DNA from: a virus | Taxonomy: Duplodnaviria; Caudoviricetes | Direction: 5' to 3' (one strand) | DNA length: 46,828 nt | IMG/VR virus record: IMGVR_UViG_3300020161_000581 | Coordinates: 1 to 46,828 of that record | Part shown: in pieces, positions 35,131-45,039 of the stretch | How the letters are laid out: the number at the start of each line of letters is the position of its first letter | Numbering within the stretch: position 1 is the stretch's first letter | The notes under the pieces: generated by a model | Databases searched by the model: none | The model's input: the letters and a program-made list of their open reading frames with translations, nothing else | What the model was told of the DNA's origin: nothing | Position numbers and translations under genes: made by a program

Positions 35131-38100
35131 ACTGTTCTACTCCTTCCAGCAGCTATTTCACGCATTTTCATTTCTCTATGAATTGCTCTTGCCACATCGT
35201 TTGCATCAAGATTTGATCCATTAAGTGTAACATTTATATTATACATTGATGAACCACTAGTGGCCAAACCGCCATTTGCATAAGGCATTCTTGTTACGGG
35301 GCCACCCATTGAATATTTTTTGTTATTAAATGCATTAAATGTTTGTACGCCATATTTTTTAACTGAGTCAGCATTAATTACATACTCTCCGTTTGAAAGC
35401 ATAGCTGGAATAGAGTCAGATGTTCCAGTTCCTGGACCAGAAACCTGTCCTCCTGGCTTGTAATATTTAACCATTCCGCCCATAGCGGCTTTAACTGGTT
35501 TAATAATATCATTTTCAAGAACTTGATAGAGTTGTCCTTGATAAGTAACAAAATTATTAGCTTTTAATTTATTATCTGAAATTAATTGCTTTGCATATAG
35601 TCTTCCCCCAGACCCACCTTTTGTAACAGAAGAGCTATAATCTTTTGTTATATTAAAAGGATTTTCTTTGCTTCCATTTGGAACATTTTTAAATTTATTT
35701 ACTGCTTCATCAAATTTAGTTACAGCAGATTGGAATGCTAAGTCTGATACACCTTTGGCAGTCATTGATGAATTTATTTGAGTTAATAAATTCCCAGCCA
35801 TACTTAATGGATTATTTTGATTATAAGGCCTACCTCCGCCTCCGCCGTATTGTTTTTCATATTGAGAATACATTTTTTTCTCTTCTGACGTTCCGCTTTT
35901 TAATCCAGTTAAAAGCTCTGCAATTTGTTTTTTAACTCCTTCTTTATCAGCACCAGGTGAACGGCCTAAAATGGCTAATCTTTCAATTTCATCTCTGATA
36001 TTTGTAAGCTTAGCTAAGTTTGCAGTAGTCTCTGAGGACTTGGCCATAGAGGTCTGTATACCCTTATTAAATTTATCTTCCGCATCTTGTAATTTTTGTT
36101 TTTTATCTTCTTGTATCTTTACATCTGCTGCTTGCTTTTCATCTATTGCAGCAATTGCGGATTTCATTTGCTTTTCTTTAGTTAGCTGTTGTATGTCTAA
36201 TTGTGCTTGTGCTGCTCTAGCCATGTCTCCAGCAGCCAAAGCATCTTGATACTCTAATTGCTTCTTTTTAATTTCTGTTGAGAATGACTCAGAATCTTGT
36301 TGATCCTGTAAAGCTTTTTTCCTAGCATTTGCTGCTTCATTTATTTTCTTTATTTCTAAGTCTATTGCTTTTATTTTATTTTTATAATAATCAGCATCTT
36401 GTTTTTGAGCATTTTTAATTGATGTTGCGTAATTATCTGTAGCTGTTTTAGCTTTGGAAATTGGGCCAGCTAAAAATGATAACGGATTATCTTTGCTTGT
36501 ATCTTCTGTTATCTGATTTAATCCATTTTGAATTGTAGCAAGATTGGAGGTTAAGTCAATTGCGTCTTGTCCAGACATTGCTGCAAGATTTATTGTTGAT
36601 CCTAGCTCAGAATTATATAGCAATATCTTTGCTGTTACGCTAGCTAAAGATTCTGTTTTGCCCAAAATAGATGCATATATCACGTTTTGCTCTTTTAATT
36701 TATTTACCTGATCTGAGCTTAGAGTAGCATTAGATTTATTTATTTTTCCAATTTTTTCCATTGTGATGCGTAAAGCTTCAGCTGAATCTATTATATTTTT
36801 AGGGTCTAAGGCATCTTTGGTTCCAACTAAACTTTCTTTATAAGATATAACTGAGTTTATTAAAGTTTCTAGACCAGACGCAAACTCTTCTGGATTAAAA
36901 TTATTTACAGTAGATGCTTTGCTAAGATTTTCAAATAGCCTAGTTAATGCTGTAGTTTGATCTATAATATTTCTAAAATCAGTTGTTGTTACTGCAGATA
37001 ACGCTTGCCCAGCTTTTTCAGAAGCTTTAATCATTGCAAATATTTGATTAGATGCTTCTGATGCAGATAGCCCCATAGCAACAAATTGAGCTTTTAAATC
37101 AGCTGCATATTTATTTACTCTACTGCTATCAATATTATTAAATGCTTCAATATATTCAGTTTGATTCTTTTTAGCATTTTCAATAGCTTCATTTAGCTCT
37201 GCTATGCTTAATGTAATTCCAGTAGGTCCATTTTTTGTATACTGTTCATATGCAGACTGAGCTTTAACTTTGTTTAATTCTATTTGCTCATTAACTTCTT
37301 TTATTCTATCTGAAAGAGTTTTAAATTTAGTAATTCCTACGGAAGCAAAAGATTCTTTAGTTCCTCCAAATGCTAATCTATTTGCTTCACCAGCCTCTTC
37401 TGCTCTTTTTTTCCAATCTAATAATAATTTTACGCCAAGTCCTAGTGAGCCTATAAGTGCTCCAGGAATTGTTAATTTTCCAAGAACTGACGCTAACTTA
37501 GTTACTATGCCAATGCCTTTAGAAAGTCCTCCGAACATTGGCAGCATAGAAGCAATGCTTGATGCTACCATAATTGCGGTTCCAGCTGGTCCACCAACCA
37601 TTTGACTAGCTACCATGCCGCCCATTCCAATTCCCATTGAGGCGCCCATACCTATTTTTGGCATTTGACGATTAGATAGCATAGATTTTCCATAAGGGTT
37701 TCTTAAGCCTTCAGTAAATGCTGATACTGGTCCTCCACCCTGATTATAATACTGGACTCCTGGAATTCTTCCGCCAACCATTCCACCCTTATTCATTCCA
37801 AACATCTTCTTTCTTATTTTAGATGTTGACGGAGTCCATGATTTTGAATCCCAGTTTGCATATTTAGTTCGCAATATTTCTCTATCAATTTTACTTAAGC
37901 TTTTACCACCTGAACTAAGTACATCCGATGCGGATGATTTAAGAAGTGTGTCCACAATATCTGGCTCAAGAGCCCTTTGAAGACTTCCCTGAGCATTTTT
38001 TACATATCCATATGGTCTTTCTTTTTCAAGATTTTCTATAAGTTTTCCATACATTAAGTTTTGTGCTTTAGGAGTAAGACCTGAACTTCCGAATAGTTTC

Positions 38101-41100
38101 TTGCCCATTCCAATAGACAGTGAAGTTGCTCCCCAACTATCACCCATTTTCCCAAATCTAGCGCCTAAATTTTTAAATGCTGTTCCCTTTGATACGTTTC
38201 CAACTACTCCTCCTAAATTATATCCTGGAATCATACCGCCAGAATTTCTTCTAAGAAATGCTTTTGCCATAAGTTTAGCAAGAGCCTTCCTGCTACTGTT
38301 ATAAGATTTTCCACTAAATGTTCCAAGCATTCCTTTTGCAAGGCCAGATAAATTAGACTTATCAATTGTAGTTAGACCATTTTTAGACTTAACAAGTGTT
38401 TCTAGAGCGGCAATTTCTTTTCCATCTCTTGGACCCATTGGCTGAAGCACAGAATTAAATATTGATTTAAATGATTTAGATCCAACTTTTATTTGACTAA
38501 ATGATTTAGATGGTATTACATTTTGTTGAAACCATTTTTCAAATGTCATATCTCCATTTTTCCCACCAAAAGTTCTGTTATCTTTTTCAAGTTTCTTTAT
38601 CATTTCAGCAAATACTTTATTGAACTTATCTTTATTAAGTGAAGATCCTCCCAATTCATCTGATGTAGTCATAAATGGTTCAAATGGATGATTTCCAGAT
38701 GATATTGCTTTTCTAAATTCTTTAGCTAATTGTGGTCCAGTCAAACCTTTTCCAACAGAACGAGTTGCTTGATTGGCATATTGTGTCATCCAGATAGGTA
38801 TGCCCTTACCAACACTTACGGTTTTGCCGTATCCTCTTGTTCCTCTTACTTTTTTCAAGTCGCCTGCGGATCCTTCTGCTACGTGACTTCTTTCTAATTT
38901 TATCTGCCCGCCTGTATTATAATTAGGACCACCAAATCCTTGACCGCCATTTATTGAATATAGCAATGGTAGGTTTTCTTGTGTGGCTTTTTTATTAACA
39001 ACAAATTCTCCTGGAGTAAGCATTGCTGGAACTGTATCTGTATTGCCTGTTCCTGGAACAATATTACCTGTATTAAACTTTTTAGGCATTGTGGTTTCTG
39101 TTGAATATCCACCACCCCAAGTTCTTACTCCTAATGATTTAGCAATTTTGTCAAGAATTCCAGATGCTTTTCTATTTGGTCTAAATATTTCTTTAATGTT
39201 TGATTTTCCAGTATTACTTACAATAGGCTGATTAACTAAAGGAACTTGAGTTAAGTTTGCAGTTCTTCCTAATCCAGCTGCTACCTGTGATGTTGTTTGA
39301 GCCATCAATCTTTCTAGTTCAGCATTAACTGCAATTATTTTTGTGCGAGCCGCATCTACTGTTATTTTACCAGACTGAAGTTGTCTAACAATTGCCGCTG
39401 ACTCTGCTGCTGCATTAGATGTTAGCTTTGTCATTGCTGGTAGGAGTTGACCGAATGTACTGTTTATTTCTGCGCTGAATGTTCCAGTTCTAGCAATTTC
39501 TTTTTTAAGCGCAGCAACTTCTTGTTTTGTCATCATAGACAAAGAACCCATCATTGCATGCCACTTTGCTGCTTCTCCTGCAACAATTCCAGTTGAAACT
39601 CCCTTAGAAGTTGTTAGTCCTTCATATTGTGGGAAATTGTCTCCCATAAATATTTGTGGCACTGCTCCTATTTTTTGATTTACAGGAATTGGTGCTGGTG
39701 TAACTGAGTGAATAGTTTGTGAGTCTCTCTGTGACTGAGACATTCCAGATCTTGGATTATGGTGTGCTGCTGCTCTAGTTCCTGGTTTTCCAACAAGTGG
39801 GTGTGATGGATTTACACTTCCTGCCATTATTGTTGTTCCGCCAACAGTTGATACTGCTGGATTTACTGCTACTGCAGCTGACATTGCTCTTTGTTCTAAT
39901 GTTGCAAATTCCGCAGAGAGTGATGAGATTGCTTGCTTTAATACAGCAGCGGCTTTTGCATCGCTATAAAAAGTTTGTTCTACTAAATTTCCAGCTTTTT
40001 GTGCTGCAAGTATTTCTGGTGTTAATAGCTTCCATCCTTCTCCACCTTTAAAGAAAGACCTAAAGTGTGAAGCTCCTTTAATAATATATCCAAAGAAGTT
40101 TGCAAGTACACCAGTTAACATAATTAATGGACCAGATGCAGCAGTAATCATTCCAATAAACCCTAGTGCTTGCTTAATTGGGTTTGGTAAAGCCTGTACA
40201 AAATCTAATATTCCATTAACAAACTTTATTAAAGAAGTATTAATTTTTAAGAATTGTTCTCCAACCCCAGCAAGATCTGCTCTAAGACCTTCAAGAGCTC
40301 TTTTATATTTACCAGAAGCCGATTCTGTTACCATACTTAATTCTCGACCCGCAACGTTTGCCAACTCTTCAGAGCTTGCTTTCATCAAATCTAGTACCTG
40401 TAGTGTTTGGCTTCCTTGTTTTCCAAGATTCTCAAACAAAGCATTCATACGTGCAAATTGAAATTTACCAAATAGCTGTTCTAATGCCTGTTGTTTCTGC
40501 AAAGGATTTAAAGTTTCTAAAGCTGCCTGCAACTCTAAAATTGTAGCTGTGGTATCTCCTGCATTTCTTTGAACTATATCTGTTAAAGATATTCCAAATC
40601 CTTCAAACATTCCTTTTGCTACTTTAGTTGGATTAATTAAAGATGCAAGACCTGACTTTAATGCGTTTGCTCCCTCTGAAGCACTAATTCCACCTTCACG
40701 CATAGCGGTTAAATAAAGAGCTAGATCTTTTACATCTCCGCCAAGACCTTTAACAATTGGTCCTGCTTTAGGAATTGCTTCTACTAAATCGTTAAGCGTT
40801 GTTGATGTCTGGTTTTCAACTGCGTTAAGAAAGTTAATTGATTCAGATAACTCTTCTGTATTTTGCTTAAATGCTGTTTGAATTGCAAGTGTTGCTTTCA
40901 TTGCATCTTGTCTATCTACTTCACCAAGTACTGCAAGACGACTTGTTTCCCTAACAGATCCAAGTAATTCATTTCCTTGTTTTCCAGTAGCAGCAATATC
41001 CGCCGCTAATGCAATTGTATCTGAAAATGATCTTCCATAAGCTTTTGATATTTCAGTTGCAGTTTTTATTACATCCTGTCTTACTTTACCTAGTTCTTGT

Positions 41101-41780
41101 GAAGAGGTTGCTGCAATGCCTCCGTAAACCTTTGTTAATCTAACAAGTTCTTGGTCTGCTGTTTTAAATGCATCTGAGGCAGCTTTTCCAAATGCCACAA
41201 GCGGCACTGTTAATCCTACTGTTAATTGACGACCAGCCCACTGTGTATTTTTACCCCAGTTAATTAATTGACCAGCACCTTCTTGAATGACCTTATTCAT
41301 GATCATTAATTCTTGTTTTGCTATTGCTGTTTTATTTTTTACTAAATCTAAACCTCTTGGAATATGAACATTGTATTGCATCATACCTTCGGCATTTCTG
41401 CCCAGTGGTTGAAGAATTGAATTTTGTAATTGGACTTGTTGTCTAGCCAAATCCCTTATCATTCCGCCGTTTGTTTTTACATGCTGCGAGTAAGTTTGAA
41501 AAAACTTACCAAGTTTCATTTGGCCTTTATCTAATTGAGAGCCAAACTTTTCTACGTCTGAGCTTAGGCTAACGAAGTGTGTTGAGAATTGCCCAGTGCT
41601 TCGCATTGTTTCTGCAAAGGATCTGTTCATTACAGCAACTTGTGCTGCTAATGTTTTATTGGTTGCCTGTAGTTTGTCTTGTAAACCTGTTAAGGCTGAA
41701 GATACCTTATTAAGATCTGTAATAAGATTTGAGAAATCAGATTTAGCAACTATGTTCGTTACTATTTGTTCTTCAGCCAT
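35127..41780 (-). CDS. Tail tape measure protein
   Basis: 2217 aa, helical Ala/Gly-rich, TP901-like core (GRQLTVGLTVPL, AVENQTS, GANALKS, LFGK), follows tail chaperones. Confidence 0.93.
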   Translation of the reverse strand: MAEEQIVTNIVAKSDFSNLITDLNKVSSALTGLQDKLQATNKTLAAQVAVMNRSFAETMRSTGQFSTHFVSLSSDVEKFGSQLDKGQMKLGKFFQTYSQHVKTNGGMIRDLARQQVQLQNSILQPLGRNAEGMMQYNVHIPRGLDLVKNKTAIAKQELMIMNKVIQEGAGQLINWGKNTQWAGRQLTVGLTVPLVAFGKAASDAFKTADQELVRLTKVYGGIAATSSQELGKVRQDVIKTATEISKAYGRSFSDTIALAADIAATGKQGNELLGSVRETSRLAVLGEVDRQDAMKATLAIQTAFKQNTEELSESINFLNAVENQTSTTLNDLVEAIPKAGPIVKGLGGDVKDLALYLTAMREGGISASEGANALKSGLASLINPTKVAKGMFEGFGISLTDIVQRNAGDTTATILELQAALETLNPLQKQQALEQLFGKFQFARMNALFENLGKQGSQTLQVLDLMKASSEELANVAGRELSMVTESASGKYKRALEGLRADLAGVGEQFLKINTSLIKFVNGILDFVQALPNPIKQALGFIGMITAASGPLIMLTGVLANFFGYIIKGASHFRSFFKGGEGWKLLTPEILAAQKAGNLVEQTFYSDAKAAAVLKQAISSLSAEFATLEQRAMSAAVAVNPAVSTVGGTTIMAGSVNPSHPLVGKPGTRAAAHHNPRSGMSQSQRDSQTIHSVTPAPIPVNQKIGAVPQIFMGDNFPQYEGLTTSKGVSTGIVAGEAAKWHAMMGSLSMMTKQEVAALKKEIARTGTFSAEINSTFGQLLPAMTKLTSNAAAESAAIVRQLQSGKITVDAARTKIIAVNAELERLMAQTTSQVAAGLGRTANLTQVPLVNQPIVSNTGKSNIKEIFRPNRKASGILDKIAKSLGVRTWGGGYSTETTMPKKFNTGNIVPGTGNTDTVPAMLTPGEFVVNKKATQENLPLLYSINGGQGFGGPNYNTGGQIKLERSHVAEGSAGDLKKVRGTRGYGKTVSVGKGIPIWMTQYANQATRSVGKGLTGPQLAKEFRKAISSGNHPFEPFMTTSDELGGSSLNKDKFNKVFAEMIKKLEKDNRTFGGKNGDMTFEKWFQQNVIPSKSFSQIKVGSKSFKSIFNSVLQPMGPRDGKEIAALETLVKSKNGLTTIDKSNLSGLAKGMLGTFSGKSYNSSRKALAKLMAKAFLRRNSGGMIPGYNLGGVVGNVSKGTAFKNLGARFGKMGDSWGATSLSIGMGKKLFGSSGLTPKAQNLMYGKLIENLEKERPYGYVKNAQGSLQRALEPDIVDTLLKSSASDVLSSGGKSLSKIDREILRTKYANWDSKSWTPSTSKIRKKMFGMNKGGMVGGRIPGVQYYNQGGGPVSAFTEGLRNPYGKSMLSNRQMPKIGMGASMGIGMGGMVASQMVGGPAGTAIMVASSIASMLPMFGGLSKGIGIVTKLASVLGKLTIPGALIGSLGLGVKLLLDWKKRAEEAGEANRLAFGGTKESFASVGITKFKTLSDRIKEVNEQIELNKVKAQSAYEQYTKNGPTGITLSIAELNEAIENAKKNQTEYIEAFNNIDSSRVNKYAADLKAQFVAMGLSASEASNQIFAMIKASEKAGQALSAVTTTDFRNIIDQTTALTRLFENLSKASTVNNFNPEEFASGLETLINSVISYKESLVGTKDALDPKNIIDSAEALRITMEKIGKINKSNATLSSDQVNKLKEQNVIYASILGKTESLASVTAKILLYNSELGSTINLAAMSGQDAIDLTSNLATIQNGLNQITEDTSKDNPLSFLAGPISKAKTATDNYATSIKNAQKQDADYYKNKIKAIDLEIKKINEAANARKKALQDQQDSESFSTEIKKKQLEYQDALAAGDMARAAQAQLDIQQLTKEKQMKSAIAAIDEKQAADVKIQEDKKQKLQDAEDKFNKGIQTSMAKSSETTANLAKLTNIRDEIERLAILGRSPGADKEGVKKQIAELLTGLKSGTSEEKKMYSQYEKQYGGGGGRPYNQNNPLSMAGNLLTQINSSMTAKGVSDLAFQSAVTKFDEAVNKFKNVPNGSKENPFNITKDYSSSVTKGGSGGRLYAKQLISDNKLKANNFVTYQGQLYQVLENDIIKPVKAAMGGMVKYYKPGGQVSGPGTGTSDSIPAMLSNGEYVINADSVKKYGVQTFNAFNNKKYSMGGPVTRMPYANGGLATSGSSMYNINVTLNGSNLDANDVARAIHREMKMREIAAGRSRTV

Positions 41781-41790
41781 TAACTATATT

Positions 41791-42152
41791 CTACTCCTTA
41801 GAGTATCCTAACCCTGCCCCAATACCAAATCCTTGCTGTGTTGCAAGTGGGCCTTGTAAAGAAACTACATCATCTCCTGATGCATCTATTCCCAAAGCCC
41901 TTCTTTGTATATCTTCGAAGGTTGGACCTTCTGTTTTTTCTTCTCCATTTAGGTTTACACCTTGTAAAGAAGCCAAGAATTTTCTTTTTTCTTCTTCAGT
42001 CTTTTGCATAGACTTAAATGTTTGTATTAACTCTGGCATTGAAAGACTTTCTTCTAGTTCTTCGTAATTTTTCCAATTACCTAAAAGAAAAACTTCCCCT
42101 AGCAATGCGGCTAAATCTAATTCTGACCAGCCAGAACCATTGCCGCTAGTTG
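41791..42152 (-). CDS. Tail assembly chaperone, frameshift extension (gpT-like)
   Basis: -1 frame open from the slippery site: PTSGNGSGWSELDLAALLGEVF...; no clear independent RBS. Confidence 0.75.
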
Positions 42153-42449
42153 GTTTGGGTCGTCAAGTTTAATCCCTCCGCAAACATCAAGAATGCGATT
42201 GATTGTTGGCATGTCCAAAGCTTCTTCTAAGGCATCTTTATCTGCTACCAAATCTGGTAACTGTGACTGTATTGCAATTCCGCATGCGTTAATTAGAATT
42301 GTTAATGTTTCGTCTTCATTTTCTGCCGCTTGTGTTTTTTGAATTTCTGCCATAAACAGGCGTAGCGCCTTAATGCTTAGTGGCTTTAGTTTAATCTTTG
42401 AACCATTTTGCAGTTCAATTTCTTCTACATTGTATACGGTTGTAGCCAA
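42117..42449 (-). CDS. Tail assembly chaperone (gpG-like)
   Basis: Between major tail and tape measure genes; AGGAGG RBS, TTG start. Confidence 0.8.
   Translation of the reverse strand: MATTVYNVEEIELQNGSKIKLKPLSIKALRLFMAEIQKTQAAENEDETLTILINACGIAIQSQLPDLVADKDALEEALDMPTINRILDVCGGIKLDDPNQLAAMVLAGQN
42153..42159 (-). other. -1 programmed ribosomal frameshift heptamer C CCA AAC
   Basis: XXXYYYZ in correct phase (GAC CCA AAC) joining the two chaperone frames. Confidence 0.8.
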
Positions 42450-42475
42450 TTTATCCTCCTAGGATTGTCTAAATT

Positions 42476-42484
42476 ATTATAACA
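42476..42484 (-). promoter_or_regulatory. Extended -10 promoter TGTTATAAT
   Basis: Exact motif just downstream of a terminator. Confidence 0.65.
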
Positions 42485-42502
42485 TATAGGCATTATCACT
42501 AC

Positions 42503-42534
42503 AAATAGAAAGGCCCCCAAATAAATGGGGGCCT
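42503..42534 (-). terminator. Intrinsic terminator after major tail gene
   Basis: AGGCCCCCA-TTTATT-TGGGGGCCT then TTCTATTT. Confidence 0.8.
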
Positions 42535-42554
42535 CTATAATTTAATTAATTAAA

Positions 42555-43217
42555 TTAAACTGTTAATACACGGTCAATAATCTTGCCGTATTCTGCTCCT
42601 GCATATGCTGCATCTGGAAGAAGACGGAAAGTTACTGGGAATGTGGTTGCTTGACTACGAGCCAAAGAGAACTGTGACTGTTGTACTGACAAAACACGAC
42701 GTGCATAATATACACGCTCTGTTGCTGTCGCATCTGCTGTTGGTGCTGCACCAACTGCAATTAATTGACGCTCTGTTGGGACCGCACCTAGTGCACCTGC
42801 CTCAAGTTTTAGAGTATTTGTTTGTGTTAGTCCAGTTCCTGATGAAACTAATGAGTCACCCTGTTGTCCGAAAACTACAAGAATATTTTCTAGTGTTCCT
42901 TCGGACATTTCTGTTGCGATCATAACCTCCATCGCAGACTTGAACAGCTTAGCTGTATCAAGTAGCTGATCTACCGTTACTGAATCGTATGTTGGGTTGT
43001 AAGTGATTTGAAGACCGTTGTTGGTATAGCCAACGTTACGGTACTTTGAACCATCTAAACCGTTTAATGTATCTGTGTATGATTCTCCAGATACGTATGC
43101 AGCTGCTGCTGCTGAACCTGGCTCCTGTACTGCATAACCTGACTGCGTTGAGTCCTTTTCAGAAATGAAAAGTGGTGATGCACCTACAAGAATATTTTTG
43201 GCATTGTTAAATGACAT
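42555..43217 (-). CDS. Major tail (tube) protein
   Basis: NILVG, VGYTNNG, VDQ, E.TLEN, FPVTFRLLPD; strong AGGAGG RBS; followed by terminator. Confidence 0.85.
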   Translation of the reverse strand: MSFNNAKNILVGASPLFISEKDSTQSGYAVQEPGSAAAAAYVSGESYTDTLNGLDGSKYRNVGYTNNGLQITYNPTYDSVTVDQLLDTAKLFKSAMEVMIATEMSEGTLENILVVFGQQGDSLVSSGTGLTQTNTLKLEAGALGAVPTERQLIAVGAAPTADATATERVYYARRVLSVQQSQFSLARSQATTFPVTFRLLPDAAYAGAEYGKIIDRVLTV

Positions 43218-43293
43218 TTACTACCTCCTGTATTTTAAACTATATATATATATTTTAAAAATCAAGCTGGCTAGGCTTCTTTCCTCATATCCA

Positions 43294-43322
43294 ATGATAC
43301 GGGATTTGGGCCTATAAAGCAA
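43294..43322 (-). promoter_or_regulatory. Promoter TTGCTT-N17-TATCAT for the major tail gene
   Basis: -35 at 43322-43317, -10 at 43299-43294. Confidence 0.5.
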
Positions 43323-43323
43323 T

Positions 43324-43836
43324 CTACAGGAATCTTCCTGCTTGGTCTGTTATTCTAGAGTATTTAATCTCTAATGTAATATCTGCTGAAAGGAACCCTT
43401 GTAGCTCTTGAGAAGGTTCAGTTGGGGATATGTCTGCTATAAATATGCTATGGAATTTAAATTTATCATTTATATTATCTGATCTATTTATATCCCTAGC
43501 AGAGTCGTCCATACGCCTAAATAAATCGGTCATTAAATTTCTAATTTCGGCTATTTCAGAAACATCTGTTGAGTAGATGGTAAATAGTAGTTGCTCACAG
43601 CATATAAGCCAATTGTCTTCATATGATAATCCAACCTTGTCGTACACAATATGTTTTTTACCACTCAGAAATTGATTCATTTCTGGAGACTGCTGTATTG
43701 GAATAATAGGGATTATGACGTCTCCAAGAGAGTCGCTGTAATACTCTTCTGGGTCAAATACGTTATACGCTACTAGGTTATCCCACAAATACTTTCTAAT
43801 TTCAAACATTGCGTCTAATTTATAATTAGCTGTCAT
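43324..43836 (-). CDS. Probable tail terminator/completion protein
   Basis: Immediately upstream of the major tail gene; size and beta pattern. Confidence 0.55.
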   Translation of the reverse strand: MTANYKLDAMFEIRKYLWDNLVAYNVFDPEEYYSDSLGDVIIPIIPIQQSPEMNQFLSGKKHIVYDKVGLSYEDNWLICCEQLLFTIYSTDVSEIAEIRNLMTDLFRRMDDSARDINRSDNINDKFKFHSIFIADISPTEPSQELQGFLSADITLEIKYSRITDQAGRFL

Positions 43837-44621
43837 ATCATTGCACCCCCAAATGATTGTTCTATTGCTGAGTCCGCCATTGATCTAATTGAGTTTGGGG
43901 AGAATGAATATTGAACTCTTTTAATTGGGGCAGGCAGCCTTAATGCCTTGGAAATTTCTGAATTAAATATCTGTTGAAACCCAGATTTTCTAATAGCATT
44001 ATTTACTAAATTACCACTAAAGAATCTTGAATAATATAATTGAAATTGATTTTTAACACTAGGTCCTCCTGGCCTTTTAACGGTCACTGAGGCCCCTATT
44101 GGCATGAACACTGTTCTACCATTAGATTCAAATACTAGCCTCTCAGAATGGCGTGGAGCAATTATTAGAGGCATTCCTGCTTCCATCACGGAAGCTTTGT
44201 TAATAAAAACATGTTTTCTATTATTTTCTGGTGATGGAACGAATGATTTAGATGGCTGTAATTCATAATTTATTTTAAATGAAATGCCGTCCATGTCAAT
44301 TGTTTTTAATTTAAATAATCTAGCGCTCTTATTTCCAACCCTTTTCCACTCATAAACATGGTGTAGGGATTTTGGTTTTGACCTGGCCTGAGCATCTATA
44401 TGCTCTCCAAAATCTTTATTTATTTGAGTAAAGATTATCTTCTTAAATGCACTTTTAAATCTTTTGCTATTATTAAATTTAGCTATTACATTAGCCTCGT
44501 AATATAGGGCTGCTGATATTTGCGCTATATTGCTATCTTTGATTAAAGAGTCATTAGGTTGTCCATGCATTAGCCGCTCTAATCCAGAAGCAGCCTGTAA
44601 CAACATTATGTTAGATTCCAA
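43833..44621 (-). CDS. Neck/tail completion protein (HK97 gp10-like position)
   Basis: Basic protein between head closure and tail terminator genes. Confidence 0.45.
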   Translation of the reverse strand: MESNIMLLQAASGLERLMHGQPNDSLIKDSNIAQISAALYYEANVIAKFNNSKRFKSAFKKIIFTQINKDFGEHIDAQARSKPKSLHHVYEWKRVGNKSARLFKLKTIDMDGISFKINYELQPSKSFVPSPENNRKHVFINKASVMEAGMPLIIAPRHSERLVFESNGRTVFMPIGASVTVKRPGGPSVKNQFQLYYSRFFSGNLVNNAIRKSGFQQIFNSEISKALRLPAPIKRVQYSFSPNSIRSMADSAIEQSFGGAMI

Positions 44622-45039
44622 TTTGCTGGTTCTCCGATCTTCTTAATACGGCACTCCATGCAAGAACATCTCCAAATGGATCTGTCATTGGGGTTACTCC
44701 GACTACTTCAAATACGGTTGGGGTGTCATTTGGATAGTCTAATTCTGTCCAAATATTTGCCCCATGCTCTGTTCTAATATTTGTAATTTTTTCTCTAATA
44801 GACAGCTTTGAATTTGTTCTAACTTCTATGACTTGGACATTTTCATATTTATTTCCAAGAACTTGCCTATCTCCGCTTCTTGCTGTTGCAGTGTTACTGA
44901 TCACGCCTTTTGCATAACAAGAAACTGTTTTTATGTAATTCCATTCTTTTTTAATTGCCCCAGTAGATACGTCTTGGGAGTCCGACTGCTTGTAGACATC
45001 CATAAGCATAGAAAACGAAGCATCTACTACTCTAAACAT
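44611..45039 (-). CDS. Head closure / head-tail adaptor (stopper)
   Basis: DVYKQ...TGAIKKEW, FEVVGV.P..DPFG; start set at ATG 45039 (TGATG overlap). Confidence 0.6.
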   Translation of the reverse strand: MFRVVDASFSMLMDVYKQSDSQDVSTGAIKKEWNYIKTVSCYAKGVISNTATARSGDRQVLGNKYENVQVIEVRTNSKLSIREKITNIRTEHGANIWTELDYPNDTPTVFEVVGVTPMTDPFGDVLAWSAVLRRSENQQIGI

